Origin: Marsupella aquatica
Taxonomy: Eukaryota > Plantae > Marchantiophyta
Direction of reading: 5' to 3'
Assembly: GCA_973895155.1 (NCBI GenBank)
Contig: OZ316898.1
Location: forward strand, 6,373,079-6,437,078
DNA length: 64,000 nucleotides
The position numbers and the translations under genes were made by a program. Positions 1 through 14,581 of this stretch are shown piece by piece. Position 1 is the stretch's first letter, and the number at the start of each line of letters is the position of its first letter. Below the pieces are notes generated by a model. That model did no database searches and was not told the DNA's origin. It saw only the letters and a program-made list of their open reading frames with translations.

Positions 1-2248
1 CGCTAGATCTTGACCTTGACGACGATGAAGGCGAAAAGGGTGAGCCAAAACAAAATGTTTCCAATTGCGTACTTTCTGTACTCTGTGAAGTTTCAGTGCT
101 ATTGTCAATAATTACGTCATTCTTTTCCTGGATGCATATGTGGGAACAGCGCTGTCTTAAGAGCCTGAGGTTGTGACCATACAGAGCAAATAATGAGTTT
201 ACTTGTTCGGATCTCTGTAATGCTTTGTGCGCGAGCAAGTTTTGCTCTCAATCTGTTCACCATCATGAGTCCATCTTGACGGAACGAATCAGCTCTCTTT
301 TTCTAAAAAAAATTGAAAATGTTGTGTGTTTGTCAGGTGATGATTGGGAACATGAAGAGACGTTCACGGATGATGATGAAGCTGTTGGCAATGATGCTGA
401 CGAAAGAGAGGATCAAGTGAATCCTGAAGTACCACCCCCTCCTGAAATCAAGCAGGTCAGTAAAATGAAATCTGACTAACAATTGTCTAACCCTGTACCG
501 CATGCATTTTTCAACTGAGCTATGAAAGGGCTGATGAAAGGATGAGGCGATGTTGGAGAGGCTCCCATGGTGGGGTGTTCTGAGATTAGAAAGATTTATA
601 AGGGGTTTCATAAATCTCACATGTTCCTTGGAAGGAAAGATACCACGTCTCCTCACTAGTGGCATTTATGTTGTATGATTTGCCCTATATCAGGAGGAGG
701 AGGATGAAGAGGAAGATCAAGAAAACCCACAAGAAGAACCGGGTGGTTTGAGTAAATCCGGCAAGGAGTTGAAAAAGTTGCTCGGCAAAGCTGCTAAGGA
801 GGATGACTCTGACGGAGGAGATGTAACCGATGATGGGACAGATGAGGATGTAAGCTTCTCTCCTGTAAAATATGTTTCTTTCTTAGTTGTCAGTGGATTG
901 CTTCCTGTGGAGACGCTGTCCCCTGTTATCAATTGTGGTGTATACAAGATTTGCTGTAGAAAGAGTTGTAGTGTAGAAAGACTTTTTTGGATCAAAACAA
1001 GGGCCTTTCTAGTTGTATTTAATGAATATGTGCAGCCTCATAATAAGTTAACCTTACCTAGATATTTCATATCCACTTGGACTATATCATCGCTCTGTTG
1101 ATCCCAGCATTGACTAATAGACGTTTCGCCCTCAGTGAAATCCAGGTTCATGAGTTGATAACACATTGTTTTGGGTGCTTTTTCAACCAGGTGGATTTGG
1201 ATAACGAGGATATTGGAATGTCTCCAGTGCTGGCTCCTACGCGCAAAGAGGGACCAAAAGAGGAGCCCATTGATGGTGGTACTCCAGCAAAAGCTGCACC
1301 AGTGGCTAAGTCCACTCCTCCATCTGCCACTGCAGGTAAAAGCAAAAGGAAAGCAAGTACAGCAGAGGAGTCCAAGACAAACGGTGCAGCCGCGGCAAAG
1401 AAGGCCAAAACTGAGGTATGTCATGGTACCCACGTCATTTATTAAGGGCCTTAAAATCTACGAATGGCGTGAAATCTACGCTGTTATCCCTATCTTCGAT
1501 AATCAGCAAGAGAGGTTAAAGTATCGTGAAGGTGGATTTCGTCTGGATGGTGAGATGTTAATTGTCCCTTGTTCTAGCGATGGACAGCACACTATTGCAC
1601 TCTGTCCGCGTACAGCTTTGACATTTGTAAAGAGGCTTCCAAAGAATTTATTTATATGCCTTGATCCTATCTAATGCTTTGGCCCAGTGATGTCTTGAGG
1701 ACTCATTAGAGGAATGTGGAGTGTATGGTTTTGTATGATAGTTTCATGTGGAGTGAACGTGTTTTCGTATCTCCCGCCGTTCTGATGTGGCTCTTGATAC
1801 CTCCATTCCAGACGGCTAAAGCAACCCCACCATCAGCTGCATTGAAGAAGGATGTGAATGCTGCCGTAAATGCAGCTGTTAAAACAGCGCCAACAAACGG
1901 GAAGGCACTAGCTAAGCAAGCACCAGCTCCCAATCAGGCTGTGACAGAGGCAGAGGTGATGAGAGTCTTGCAACAAACTGGACCAATAAAGAGCACAGAT
2001 CTTGTGGCGAAGTTTCGTAGCCGGCTCAAAACTGCTGAGGTGAGAAAGATCTGCAGTTTAAAGGATTATTGTTAGCATTCGTATTGCTAAACTTGTTTCC
2101 TCTTCTATTGATTAGTTGTACTGAAAGCAGCGTTGTTTTGGATACTGCGCAGGATAAGGCGGCCTTTGCAGCTATTCTGAAGAAGATATCACGTATCCAG
2201 AAGACAGACGGAGCAAACTACATTGTTTTACGTACTATTGCACAATGA
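1..2248 (+). CDS. RAP74: TFIIF alpha subunit (RAP74), 3' part; exons approx. <1-39, 337-455, 694-849, 1191-1415, 1812-2039, 2153-2248
   Basis: Spliced GT..AG translation gives EKGDDWEHEETFTDDDEAVGND..PPEIKQ..GGLSKSGKELKKLLGK..VTEAEVMRVL..DLVAKFRSRLKTAEDKAAFAAILKKISRIQK..YIVLR, matching the plant TFIIF-alpha C-terminal half; stop TGA 2246-2248. Confidence 0.93.
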
Positions 2249-4434
2249 TGGGATGCCAGTTTGCGTATATATGGCCCTTCATTTCAAGGCAGCCACGCGC
2301 ATACTCCCCAGCATGAAATCTTAAGTCAATCTGGATCCACTTGTAATATACTTTTCGCTGCAAGAATCGTGGATGACCTAGGAAGGGTTCTATCCAGATG
2401 ACAACATGATGTGGTACCAACATGCTAGGGACGGCCATTTGATGCTGCCAACCAGATTTTCCTTTGCGACCTATCTGGCTCCCCTATTCATATGTTGAAA
2501 CCTGTACAGTCGAGGGTTTTTGATTTACCACAGCAATACTGCGGGTGCCCAACACTTAGATATGTTTCAGTAGGTAGAAGTCGACCTGGAAACTAGATTC
2601 ACTAATCAGCTAGAGTTCGATTCAGTAGGTAGAAGTCAACTTAGAAAACTTGATGCACTAACCAGCGACGAGTTTGATTTTCACTTCACGGAAAGTGGTG
2701 GAAAATTTGTAAATTACGCAAAACTTGAGAGTGACCTCGATTGGAGAAGGCACAGAAATCTTGTAATTTGGGCAAGAGTTGTAATCCAGTTCAAACGCTA
2801 GGAATAGTCGAAATGTTGCTCAAGTAGCCCAATTTGCGGTTGTTTGTTCGGCTACTTTCCGCAGCGACCTAGTGTAATATAGATGGTTTGGATACTGATT
2901 ATATCGGAACTAATCCTGTGCATTATCTGACTGGATGTACTCTTTGCGGTGCAATTTTTAAATGGTAGCGTGTCATGACGAACGTAACATTAGTCCAGAT
3001 TACACCCATGAGCGTTCACGTGGGCACCAGTTGCGAACCAGTGATCCTGCCCTCCACAAACTAAGTTTCCAGGACAAGCACGTTTTCTTTCTGAAATTGC
3101 TCGATGCTGACCGCACCATGGGATCTGTCGTCATGCATAAATAGTTAATCCCCGATCTACCCCGTAAATTGATTTCTTAGAAGCTTGGGGATTTCTTTGT
3201 GGCGATGAATGTGTCATGTTCTAGTTGCGGACTTCAAAGGGGAGAACCTTGATAGCTGCGAACTTCGAATGGAAAGCTGCTCATACTGTCCCATGACAAG
3301 CAGGGCCTAGGGTGCTCCTTAACCTTGTCTCTACAGTCGGCCCACTATATAATCATGCAAGACATCAGGGCCAACGTTGGTTCTGGATGGCAAGATGTGA
3401 GGAACAGTTTGGAGCAACTTTTCATTCAGTTTGAAGAATCATGGGCTTTGTAGTAAAAGTGCTGGAGCGGTACATTTTCTGCCTCATCCCCCGCAGGAGA
3501 GGGTGAATGGAAAGAAGTCCTCACATTCGCTGTGTGTCACCTTCGTTAGGAGAGTGTGAATGGAAAGGAGTCCTCATGGTGATAGACTCCGGAGTGGGGA
3601 AACGGCCTCCCCCTAGTGTGGCTCGGAAGGCGGGCAGGGAAGTAACGGTGGGTGAGACCGGGCAAGTTAGTGGTGGGACAGCCAACCCTCACTCCTCTCA
3701 GCGGAAAACACGGGGCTCTTTGTCTGTTCTGCTGAGCTTGCGGGGCAATTTCGATGCTCGTACAGAAGTCTTCTTCGGTCGAGGAGGCGAAATCCGGAGA
3801 AATGGTCCTCGAAATTGGCGATGGAAAGCAATCTGTAACGCCGAAAGAGATCCATTTCACGCGAACGGAACGGAACCGAAGGGAATGGCAGTATCTTGTG
3901 AGTCGGCCGACACTTGAATCTGGAGACTGTTTGCCGGAAGATCCTTCATTATTCGTCTATGTCCTCGCTTCGACGCTCGCAAGAAGGTGAATTATAGATG
4001 TTCTCTGACTACCCTCTATGTGAATGTGTCATCTTAGTCCAGAAAGCGGAGTCTCCTATGTTTGGATGTTGAAGGGGCCATGATGGTGCGAATTGATTGC
4101 ACTTTATTTCTGGATGGATGATACGAATTGGGATTTGTTTTTGGTTGATGATAGCGAGCATCCCAATACGATGACGATGCTAGATGTGTGTCCCAGGCAT
4201 TGGCTTGGAGGTGCTGCTCTTTGGAGTACTTGATTTATTGGTCGCTGTTGTTACCCTGCACCGAGCGAGAATTGTTGTGAAAATCCCTTAATTTTACGAT
4301 GCCAGGATGGATGATGCAGCCGTAGTAGTGCTCTCGAGATGGGAAAGTTGTTTTGTTCACTCTTTCGTATTTGGTGTCAAAAAGCAGTCTTCTACTGCAA
4401 CTGCTGCTGTAGGGTTTGGAGGATATATGTGTGA

Positions 4435-6027
<1,593 letters not shown>

Positions 6028-7958
6028 GGCTCAAGAATAGTTCTGCAGGATTGACCGAGTTTCAGATTCATGGATGAGTTCCTGCTGTGGGGGTTTTGCG
6101 AAAATATTAGGCTTCAGTTCTGGTAGGTGGGGGAATTTTGCCTTATAATAACTGCGAGAAATTATGCTTTGTTTGGAGATTTTAGTTGTGAGTGATTGTG
6201 TCCATTTTGATCTCCCCCCGAATTGCACAAACTTTACACAAATTGCTAATTCAGCTGGAACTGACCGGCTCATGGTTTTGCAAACATGGCGTCTCCATAT
6301 GACGAGTCGACTCATTCATCAATGCATGATAGTCCACGGCCAGTTTGTATGGTCAATGCTTTGCCACTAGATTTTGCAGAATTGCTCCAAGGGTTACTAA
6401 CTGACTGCTTATTGTGGAGAGTCTTTGACATACTATCGTGAGCGTGCCAATGAATCCTCAGCAGTAAATCGATTTCCCTGCTTCCAACAGTCCTGCAAAT
6501 ATTTAAGTTGACATAAGGTTATGACAATTGTTGTCATCATGTCATTTCATTTCTAGAGACAGAGACTCTCGAACAATGAATGGATGTACTTTCAATAATA
6601 GGGAATCTTTGTGAGGTCCTCACTCCATTTTACAGGAGCAATTTGTCTACCTAGCATTTTGGTTACCCGGATCACTTTTTGTGCACATCAATACACATTT
6701 CTATCACATGCAAGCAATGGTTTCGACTGGGGCCAAATTTCTATAAAGTACAAAACCCACGTGTACAATTGTGCATGCAAGAAGTAGATTCAACCGGTGC
6801 CAAGGTTCGTTATTCTCCGCCAGGGAGATCACCTGGAATGTTTGTGGAGTCGTAAAACACACAATGGGGAATTTACTCCTTCTACTTTGAACACACTTGG
6901 ATGGTCACTAACGTTACCTCTCAATGTTGCAGATTTCCGGTTGAAATGTTTTTGGTAGGTTCCAGATTTGTTAACTAGTTTTGAGGGTGGAGTCTGTTGC
7001 TTGATTAAGATTTCTATCAAGCCATCCTTCAAACATCACTCTCTCTTTTGTATTTTCTCTGAATTTGAATTTTATTAGACGTCTTTAATTTTTCAATAAA
7101 CATGCATTTTACTCATCCATAATGGCACTTGGCATCCCGTGGACTTTGGTGAGTTGTCCTCATGTTTGTATTTACGAATTTTATGCACTATGTCTTCATT
7201 GTGATGATTGACTTCTAATCTTCAACTCATTCTCGCACACTAAATTTGCATATCTAGTAGCACATTTGCATGGTCAAAACAACCATATTGCTGCAATGGA
7301 TACAACAAGGTTGCAAAGATATATAAGATGACTCAACAACTTCCTTGTCTCAATTACATTTTGCCTGTGTCACCTGCATAGTTTCTGCCTCTACCTATGA
7401 TGGTGAACATCTGCTTTATTGATTATAAAAAATCCTCTCCCTCGAACAACTGTTCTCCTCTGTCATGAAAAGGCTAAGGCCATGCCGAAATGTCAACAGG
7501 CCCTAGAACTGGTTATGAAAATCCAACCTGGCAGTGGCTTACATTGAGCTAGAAAAAGGTCATCCATTGGCGTACTCATAGTGTTCTGGGTAGTACATGT
7601 TTTAAGTCCGTTCTTATGTAACCTACTGTAGTTTTAAGTAAATATTTAATTTTTTCTGCATCCAAAACAGGAGGCCTGGGGGGCACTGTCAGACAAAGAA
7701 AGGGCAGGACATTATAGGGATCTAATTTTACGGCAAACAACATACATTTTTTGGTCTTACAGGCTGTGCAATTAGTAGTATTATCTGTTGCCTCACCTGC
7801 ATTTCTTTACCTTGTTTTGATGTCTTTTTGCAATATGTACACAATCATGGGGCTAGTGAAACTTACTATTACAAACTTCTGATATCTAGTAACAATACCA
7901 TGCTCAAATGTCTTCATATAGAGATCTGATTTTACCTCCGTATACATAGTATTGTATA

Positions 7959-8429
7959 CTAGCTCCGACTACCCGTTCTTTGAACGTCAATAGCGATGAG
8001 GACCAAAAAGTGCTTGAGACAAAATAGATTTGAGAAAATAATAAGAATAGTGTATCAAAAGACAAAGGGAAACCTCACTTGAGAAATTTTTCCACCAAGA
8101 GTCAAAACTTGATGGTAAAATGGTTCAAGTGGGGGAAAACCCTAAAATTTATTCAAATGGTGGAAATCTGAACATAAGGTATGTTAGATGGCTTGTAGAT
8201 GTCAACATGACATAGAACAATAATGTCATATGACAGCCACCATGAAATAGTTCATTGTAGACTACACATCTGCTTGAATATCTAGAAGTGCTCCATTTGC
8301 TTGGAGTGTGGAACCAACCAAGCAACCAAAACTACAACTGCAAAAACACCCAAAAGAAGAAGCCAAAAGAACGGTCATAGGAGGAAATCAATTGCAATAG
8401 ATTGAATGCATCTAGAATGATGGAATATA
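7959..8429 (-). mobile_element. Helitron 3'-terminal fragment, same family as 45224-56739
   Basis: Near-identical to 45224-45681 (one ~12-bp indel); homology begins at the terminal CTAG (7959-7962, followed by T on minus); CGTTC-TTT-GAACG hairpin about a dozen nt inside. Confidence 0.85.
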
Positions 8430-9632
8430 TATCTAGAATGATGGTCTCACATTGCTTGAGACCGTAGATGGACCTTCATAATCGGCAGACCAGTTCTTCG
8501 TGCCCTGGAATAATAAAACCTGGTTGTTTCATGTAAATGAGTTCTCATAGGGTGCTATTGAGGAACGTCGTTACTACGTCCATATGCAATAGGGGCCATC
8601 CAAGTGCAACAGCTAGAGCAACTATGAGACAAATTGTTGACCATCTAACCACCGGGCAAATGTTTCATCATAGTCGAGCCCTTCTCTTTGTTCGTTGCCA
8701 CGGGCCACTACTCGGGCCTTAAATTTTGAGTTTCCTGCATGGTCAATCTTCTCCCTTAGTACCCATCAAGCAGTAGGGCCTTCTCCCCCAGAGGAATATT
8801 GACGAGATCCCATGCGCCATTTTTCTCGTGGGCTTGAAGCTCTAGTTGCATTGCCTCAATCCAGCAAGGATCCTGAAGAGCGTCACTGAGTTGGATGTCG
8901 TTATTGGAGTCAACAATGAGGGTTGTGCAAAGTGCTGAGATTTCAGCTTTGAGTGAGACATTCAGAAAGTCATCATATTTGCGAGGGAAGGAGGTTAGAT
9001 GCCCAGAGGGAGGTCGTGTGCATTCAGGATTGCGGTGGCAAGCACGTCGGAGTGGTGTTGGGGGAAGGTCCTGGGGTAGATCTAGAGAGGACTCTGAGGT
9101 AGCATCATGAGACACAAATGGATCAGTCGGTAGAGAAACAGGATCAATGGGATTCGGAGGAACTATGGAGTCGTTGGAGGGCTGTGAGTCGGTAGCATCA
9201 AATGAAAACAGATCGAATAATTAGGCTTTCAGAGTGGCCCGTTGGTGATGGAAAGAAGTCACCAGGAGTGGACTCGTGACCAACAATTACGTTGCAAGAG
9301 ATGAGGATTTTTTGAGTGGCTGGGTCGAAGCCCCGGTCAAAGCAGAGGTAGGCCTTGCTTTGGTCATGATAGTCGAGTAGAACGCATTTGATGTTTTTGT
9401 TTGGCTTCCAGTTTGTTGAATAAGGCTGAAGGAACGTGGACATATGTTGTGTTGCCTATGATCCAAAAGTGGCTAAGCTCAGGCTTTGTAGATGTCAATC
9501 ATTCAAATGGTGTAGAGAGATTGAGAGCTCGCACGAGTGATGTAGCGGTTGTTGATGTGATTGGCAGTGCGAACTAATTCCTCCCAAAGAAATGCAGGAG
9601 CGTTTGACCCAAAAGACAACAATCTAGCAATA

Positions 9633-11454
9633 TAGTCGCGGAACTCGACTACCTTAACACTTAGCTCCGGCGTCGCTGACTCCGACGCCAAGCTCCCTTA
9701 TGGTCCAGGCCCGGATAGGCCATCCGGGGAGGACTTAGCATGGGGAGACTTGTGGGCAATGAGACGTGGCACTAGCGAGGCAAGGGCCAAGCTGGGGACA
9801 CAAACTAAGGACTTGGACTAGCCTATGGCTGATCGGGTCAAGGGGAAATGGGCCGGGCTCATGGATGGCCGTCCGGACCGTCGGATGGGCTTTGAGTTCT
9901 GAGGGCTTGGAAGTGAGCTCCTCTTGGGCCCAAGGCCAATGGAGTGGACGCCATTGGCAACGGACGCTTGGGGCGCAAGTTGCCCAAGCCGGGTTGGGCC
10001 GGTTGGGGGCCCCTAGCGGCGATCAGACCTGAGGGCCTAGGCATGAGCATTGGGTCGGCCCGGTCACAACGGGCTAAGGCACTCCGCTTGCGGATGCCTA
10101 TCAAGAAAGTTATGGGCATTGCCAGTTGGTGGCGCGCCCATTATGCGCGATGGGATCCGGGTTGGGGGCCAAATGTTTAGGGACCAAAGCTGGTCCAGGG
10201 GTGGCAGGTCTCCAGAAGCATATATGAGGGGAGTGGTGTCTCCCTGAGGGCTAAGGGCGAGACGAAGTCGTGAGCCGCGGCGGTCGCGACACTAAGAGAA
10301 ACCGCCAAACGGAAACGGTGATATCTTCCCAATGGGAAGTCCGTTGGAGGACTTCTTAGGTGCGTTGGAAAGCTCTTGAAGCTCAGCTGGGTCTGGAGGT
10401 GCCACGGGTTCTCATGGTTTGCGGGTGTTAGCTCGCCCGTTTGCCAAATCCTGCCGAATAGCAGCCAAGCCGCGTTCAGCCTCCCAAGGGAGCTTGCGTG
10501 GGGGAGGCAAGGCCAAGTGGGTATGGAGGCTGAGTCCCAAGGGCGCTCGGTCCCTAGACCATCAGTGGGGAAAACCGGGAGTCGGTGTTAGAGTCGGGGC
10601 CGTTCTGGTCCCGGCGTGTTGAGACAAGCTTGGGACAAGCTGTAGGACAAGCTACGCTATTTGGGCCATGAGCATGTCCTGAGGTCAGGGCGGTCAGTTG
10701 GTGATGGATAGGTACGTGGGGGAACCCGGGCCGCGCCCAAGGAAGGAGCTGTCCTGGACGGACAGTGGGTGTGGGTTCTGGTTCCGGCTTATGGCATCAG
10801 GAGGACCTATCGCTGACTTATTTACCAACGTCTGTTGAGCTTGAGTTGGGATGCTAGACTTGGCAAGTTCTAGATCCTGAAGGGTTACTTACCGAGGTAC
10901 GTGGTGGCTTGTGCAGACAGTGAGGACCGTTGAGTAGCAGTCGTGTAGGAGAGCAAGTGCGGCTTCGTATGGGAGGGGCCGCTGGAGGTGCAAGGGGCAC
11001 TAGGGTGCTTTCTCGAGGTATTCCGTGGAGGCGTTTGGGCACCAGGGGCACTTAGGCATGAGTGCTGGGATTGGTGAGGGCGCTGGGTGGCGAGGTTCAC
11101 CACTAATATCCAGGAGGGTGCAATTCTTCCTTTCAGCAACCCCATTTTGATGCGAGGTTCTAGCAACAATCAATTGACGAGATATGCCATGGGTTAGGCA
11201 GAAGGAGCAAAATAGCTCAGATGTGTACTCCTGTCACTTGCCTATCCAACGATTAATACGTGCAAACCGTACTTTCCTTCGCTTAAACCGTTGGTATCAT
11301 ATTACGGGGTCGTGGAGGGACGCTATTTGAAGGATTTTCACACCTAAGGATGAGTATGTTTGATTCCGCTCCCGGAAGTGTACTTTTTGATCAAGTCTAC
11401 CGACTGGTCTCTCCGTTTTTGATCAAGTCCAAGGGACTGGTCCTACCATCTACA
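9633..11454. mobile_element. LTR-like GC-rich segment (Gypsy-type LTR, probably minus orientation)
   Basis: Interrupts the Copia D integrase; TAGTCGCGG..CCATCTACA termini; PPT-like GGTGGGCATGAGT abuts it on minus; no TSD recovered. Confidence 0.45.
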
Positions 11455-11758
11455 ACTCATGCCCACCGGGTGAGTGCTGTCACCACCCCCCTCTCATGGG
11501 CAAGCATACAAACGTTTACAATAAGGTTTGAACACTAGTGACAAGGGCAAATGTTTCCACAATGAAACCGACCACATGCACTAGGGGAGGAAAACAAACA
11601 ACACAAGCAATAACAAGTGACACACAAAATATTGGAACCTCAAGCCAAATCCATATCTCTTGGTGTTTCCCGTAACACATGCAAGGGCAACCCGGCCTCC
11701 TGCCGTCTGCCCAACTCCTGCCTCCCTGGGACAAGTGCTACGTTCTCCACCTCACTAC

Positions 11759-13366
11759 TGTCGTATGCTAACAAAAGCAAATATCATCGAATATATGCTA
11801 AAAACTCGGTGTTCGTTCCCGTGGAAGAACAAGAATGGGATGAAAAGATGTTTTAAAGTGTTTTGAGTGGTTTAAAGATGGTACTCAACATCTATAAGAA
11901 AAATAGAATCTTAAACAAAACACAAGGAATTAATAAAATAAGAACAAAGTGACATTTGCTGTATAACAGAATCTTAGAGCTTTTAGAGGTATAGTTTAGC
12001 AATATTTAACTCCGTCACCATGTCTTAAGAAAGAGCTATGGCATTATTTGAGACGTTGATAAGTCAAACATAACCTTGCTATAACTGCTCTCTAGGTTTC
12101 TATCATAAATCTAAGTTTAAGAAGTGTCTATGCTCACAAAACCCAAGATAAGTTTCGGATTGTGTATATAGTAGTGTGTCATTAAAATGCCGGCAACATG
12201 TTTCCTTCTTCAGCGATGCGCAATTCCAAAGAAAAACTAATGCACATTCAGTATACCACAATGGTACTTCAAATCCGTGAATTAAGAATGTCGCTACTTC
12301 TTAATCTATAGATTTCTCTTTTCTTGATTTCATGCAATACTTATCTTCCAAAGATAAGTCCTTCATGTAAATACAGAAATGGACAACAAATGTTGTAGTT
12401 TGGATTAGGCACCGACCAACGGATCTTCTAATACATTCCACAAACTGTATTTTTATGGGTTTTACTTCTTACGGTAATTGCAACATGCATTACCATACGA
12501 AGGAGGGGTAGACTCCTAGCACAAGTAATCAAATTCCAAGGTATGCAAATCTTCCTTGCAAAATTGCACTACACGTACAAGGGACAAAACTCCAAGATGA
12601 GGAGATGCAAATAACTATCCACACTGGCTCAAAATGAGACTGGTATCACAATAAATACATGAGATCGCTCACGGGCTAAGGAGAATGAAGAGACATGCCT
12701 CTTCATTTCCTAAGTCTAAACTAAGTAAAGTAAAAGTCAACTTTGACTAAGGGATAGTCAAATGGTCAAAGCTAAGTAAAAGTCTACAAAATAAAATACT
12801 AATCTCATACTATAATAGGAGGAGGGTCGAAGCTCGCGTCCTACTGCCGGCCGCCATGGACGTCCCTCAAAGAAAACTGGAGAAAAAGGTTTAGGCCGGC
12901 GCGGACGTCACATTAGGTCGTGGCGGGGTGGACGTCCCGGACGTCCCTACGTGGAGGCCGTCCAAGACGTCCTCGAGTTTTTCATGCGGGCCGGCGCGGA
13001 AGGAGTCGGCCATCCTTGCAAAAAATGGGTGCCGTCCCGGCCGTCCCTGTGTAGAAGCCGTCCAATCCGGCGCCGTCTTTGCCGTCTTTCGTGAGGAGGC
13101 CGTCCAGGACGGCGCCGCCCCGGCCGTCCCTGCGAGAAAGCCGTCCAGGACGTCACCTCATTTTTGAAGCTCCTTTCAACTTCTTGCCATCTTGACGTCT
13201 AATATGTGAAAACCAGAGTAGCCTTGACGTCTTCCAATGGTATCCTTACCCATTTGAGCTTATACTAACTTAAATTTGCTTAAAGGGCCTTATAAAAACT
13301 TAAAAATTTTAAAATTTTATGGTTTTGATACTTTAACTCTCTTTTTGGAATAATCACCTAATTACA
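11759..13366. mobile_element. Solo LTR (1.6 kb), 5-bp TSD ACTAC
   Basis: TGTCGTAT..ATTACA termini flanked by ACTAC (11754-11758, 13367-13371); shares block ATGCCGGCAACATG..CAGCGAT(G/A)CGCAATTCC with 42316-43916. Confidence 0.8.
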
Positions 13367-14251
13367 ACTACTCTGGCTTGAACTTCACCTAATCGGTGCG
13401 CTACTCACAAAAGCTACTCAAAAGCATCAAAGCACTATGCTGAGTTCCCCCCCTCACTACTTCGGGGCTCTCCCCCTAAATACCGAAAAAACCACACCAA
13501 AGCACCCCTCATGGGGTCACAACGATGGCGGCTACCCTAGCGGCGCCGCTAAAACCCTGCACTAAGAAATCCCTAAAAAAGGCATGCGGCACACACATGC
13601 TGCTAAAACCCTAAACCCTAAACAAGGGGCCGACGGTGCCTTCGACGGCACCCCAACTGTACACAATGAACCCTGAAATTCCAAGGCACCCCACAATGGC
13701 CGAAACTAGGTGCCCTATCAATTGTACTTTTGAGCTCACCCTTGGATAGCCCTTCTCCTCCTGATCCCGAATCACTCAGCTGCACTCGCAACGGACATCG
13801 GACGCGTGAGTTATGGTCGTTTCTGTATCGCGAAAACACAATTTCGCCGGGCCATAACTTGCTCATCCTGGCTCCATTTGAGGAGCGCTGCCTCTTGTTG
13901 GAATCAGCTCCGCGAGCTCTTTCCAACAAGCCCGTGAGTGACCCCTCACAAAAAAGTTGGAAATGCAGAGGCCGTACAACCACATCCGTACGACTATCTA
14001 CTCCTCTTCTTCACTCTCGGTACCCCGGCTTGTGCCCCATGAGTGGGCCTCCTCTTCATCACTCATGGGAGTGAGTGCCACCTCACTTTTCTTCTTCTTT
14101 ACCGGGGTACTCTTCGTGCTGCCGCTCCCTTGCTGCCTCAAAGTGGCCAAGGCCTGTCACGCCTTGATGTACCCCTCACCAATGGTGTCTTTCCATAGGG
14201 TAGCCTCTTCTCCGGACCGCAACTCCAACGGTAGAACTTGCCCTGTGGCCA

Positions 14252-14581
14252 TGGGCTGTGGGTGCCAACCCACACAACCAAGATGAATCGGCTACAAGCC
14301 GCGGGCTGTGGGTGACTACCCACGCAACCAAACTACAAGAGGCCACAGGCCGTGGGCTGTGGGTGCCAACCCACCCAACCAAGATGAATCGGCTACAAGC
14401 CGTGGGCTGTGGGTGACTACCCACGCAACCAAACTACAAGAGGCCACAGGCCGTGGGCTGTGGGTGCCAACCCACCCAACCAAGATGAATCGGCTACAAG
14501 CCGTGGGCTGTGGGTGACTACCCACGCAACCAAACTACAAGAGGCCACAGGCCGTGGGCTGTGGGTGCCAACCAACCCAAC
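14252..14581. repeat. 101-bp tandem repeat, ~3.3 copies
   Basis: Units start at 14252, 14353, 14454 and 14555; each has two ~50-bp subunits with a GTGGGT-N4-ACCCAC hairpin. Confidence 0.95.

Noticed and set aside
2566-2680. ~55-bp degenerate duplication downstream of RAP74
   Set aside because: Two copies only; an ordinary local duplication.
3507-3990. ORFs upstream of AlaAT
   Set aside because: No recognisable motifs; likely promoter/5' UTR.
13605-13622. Telomere-like AAACCCT repeats
   Set aside because: Only about two units, inside an LTR-like region.
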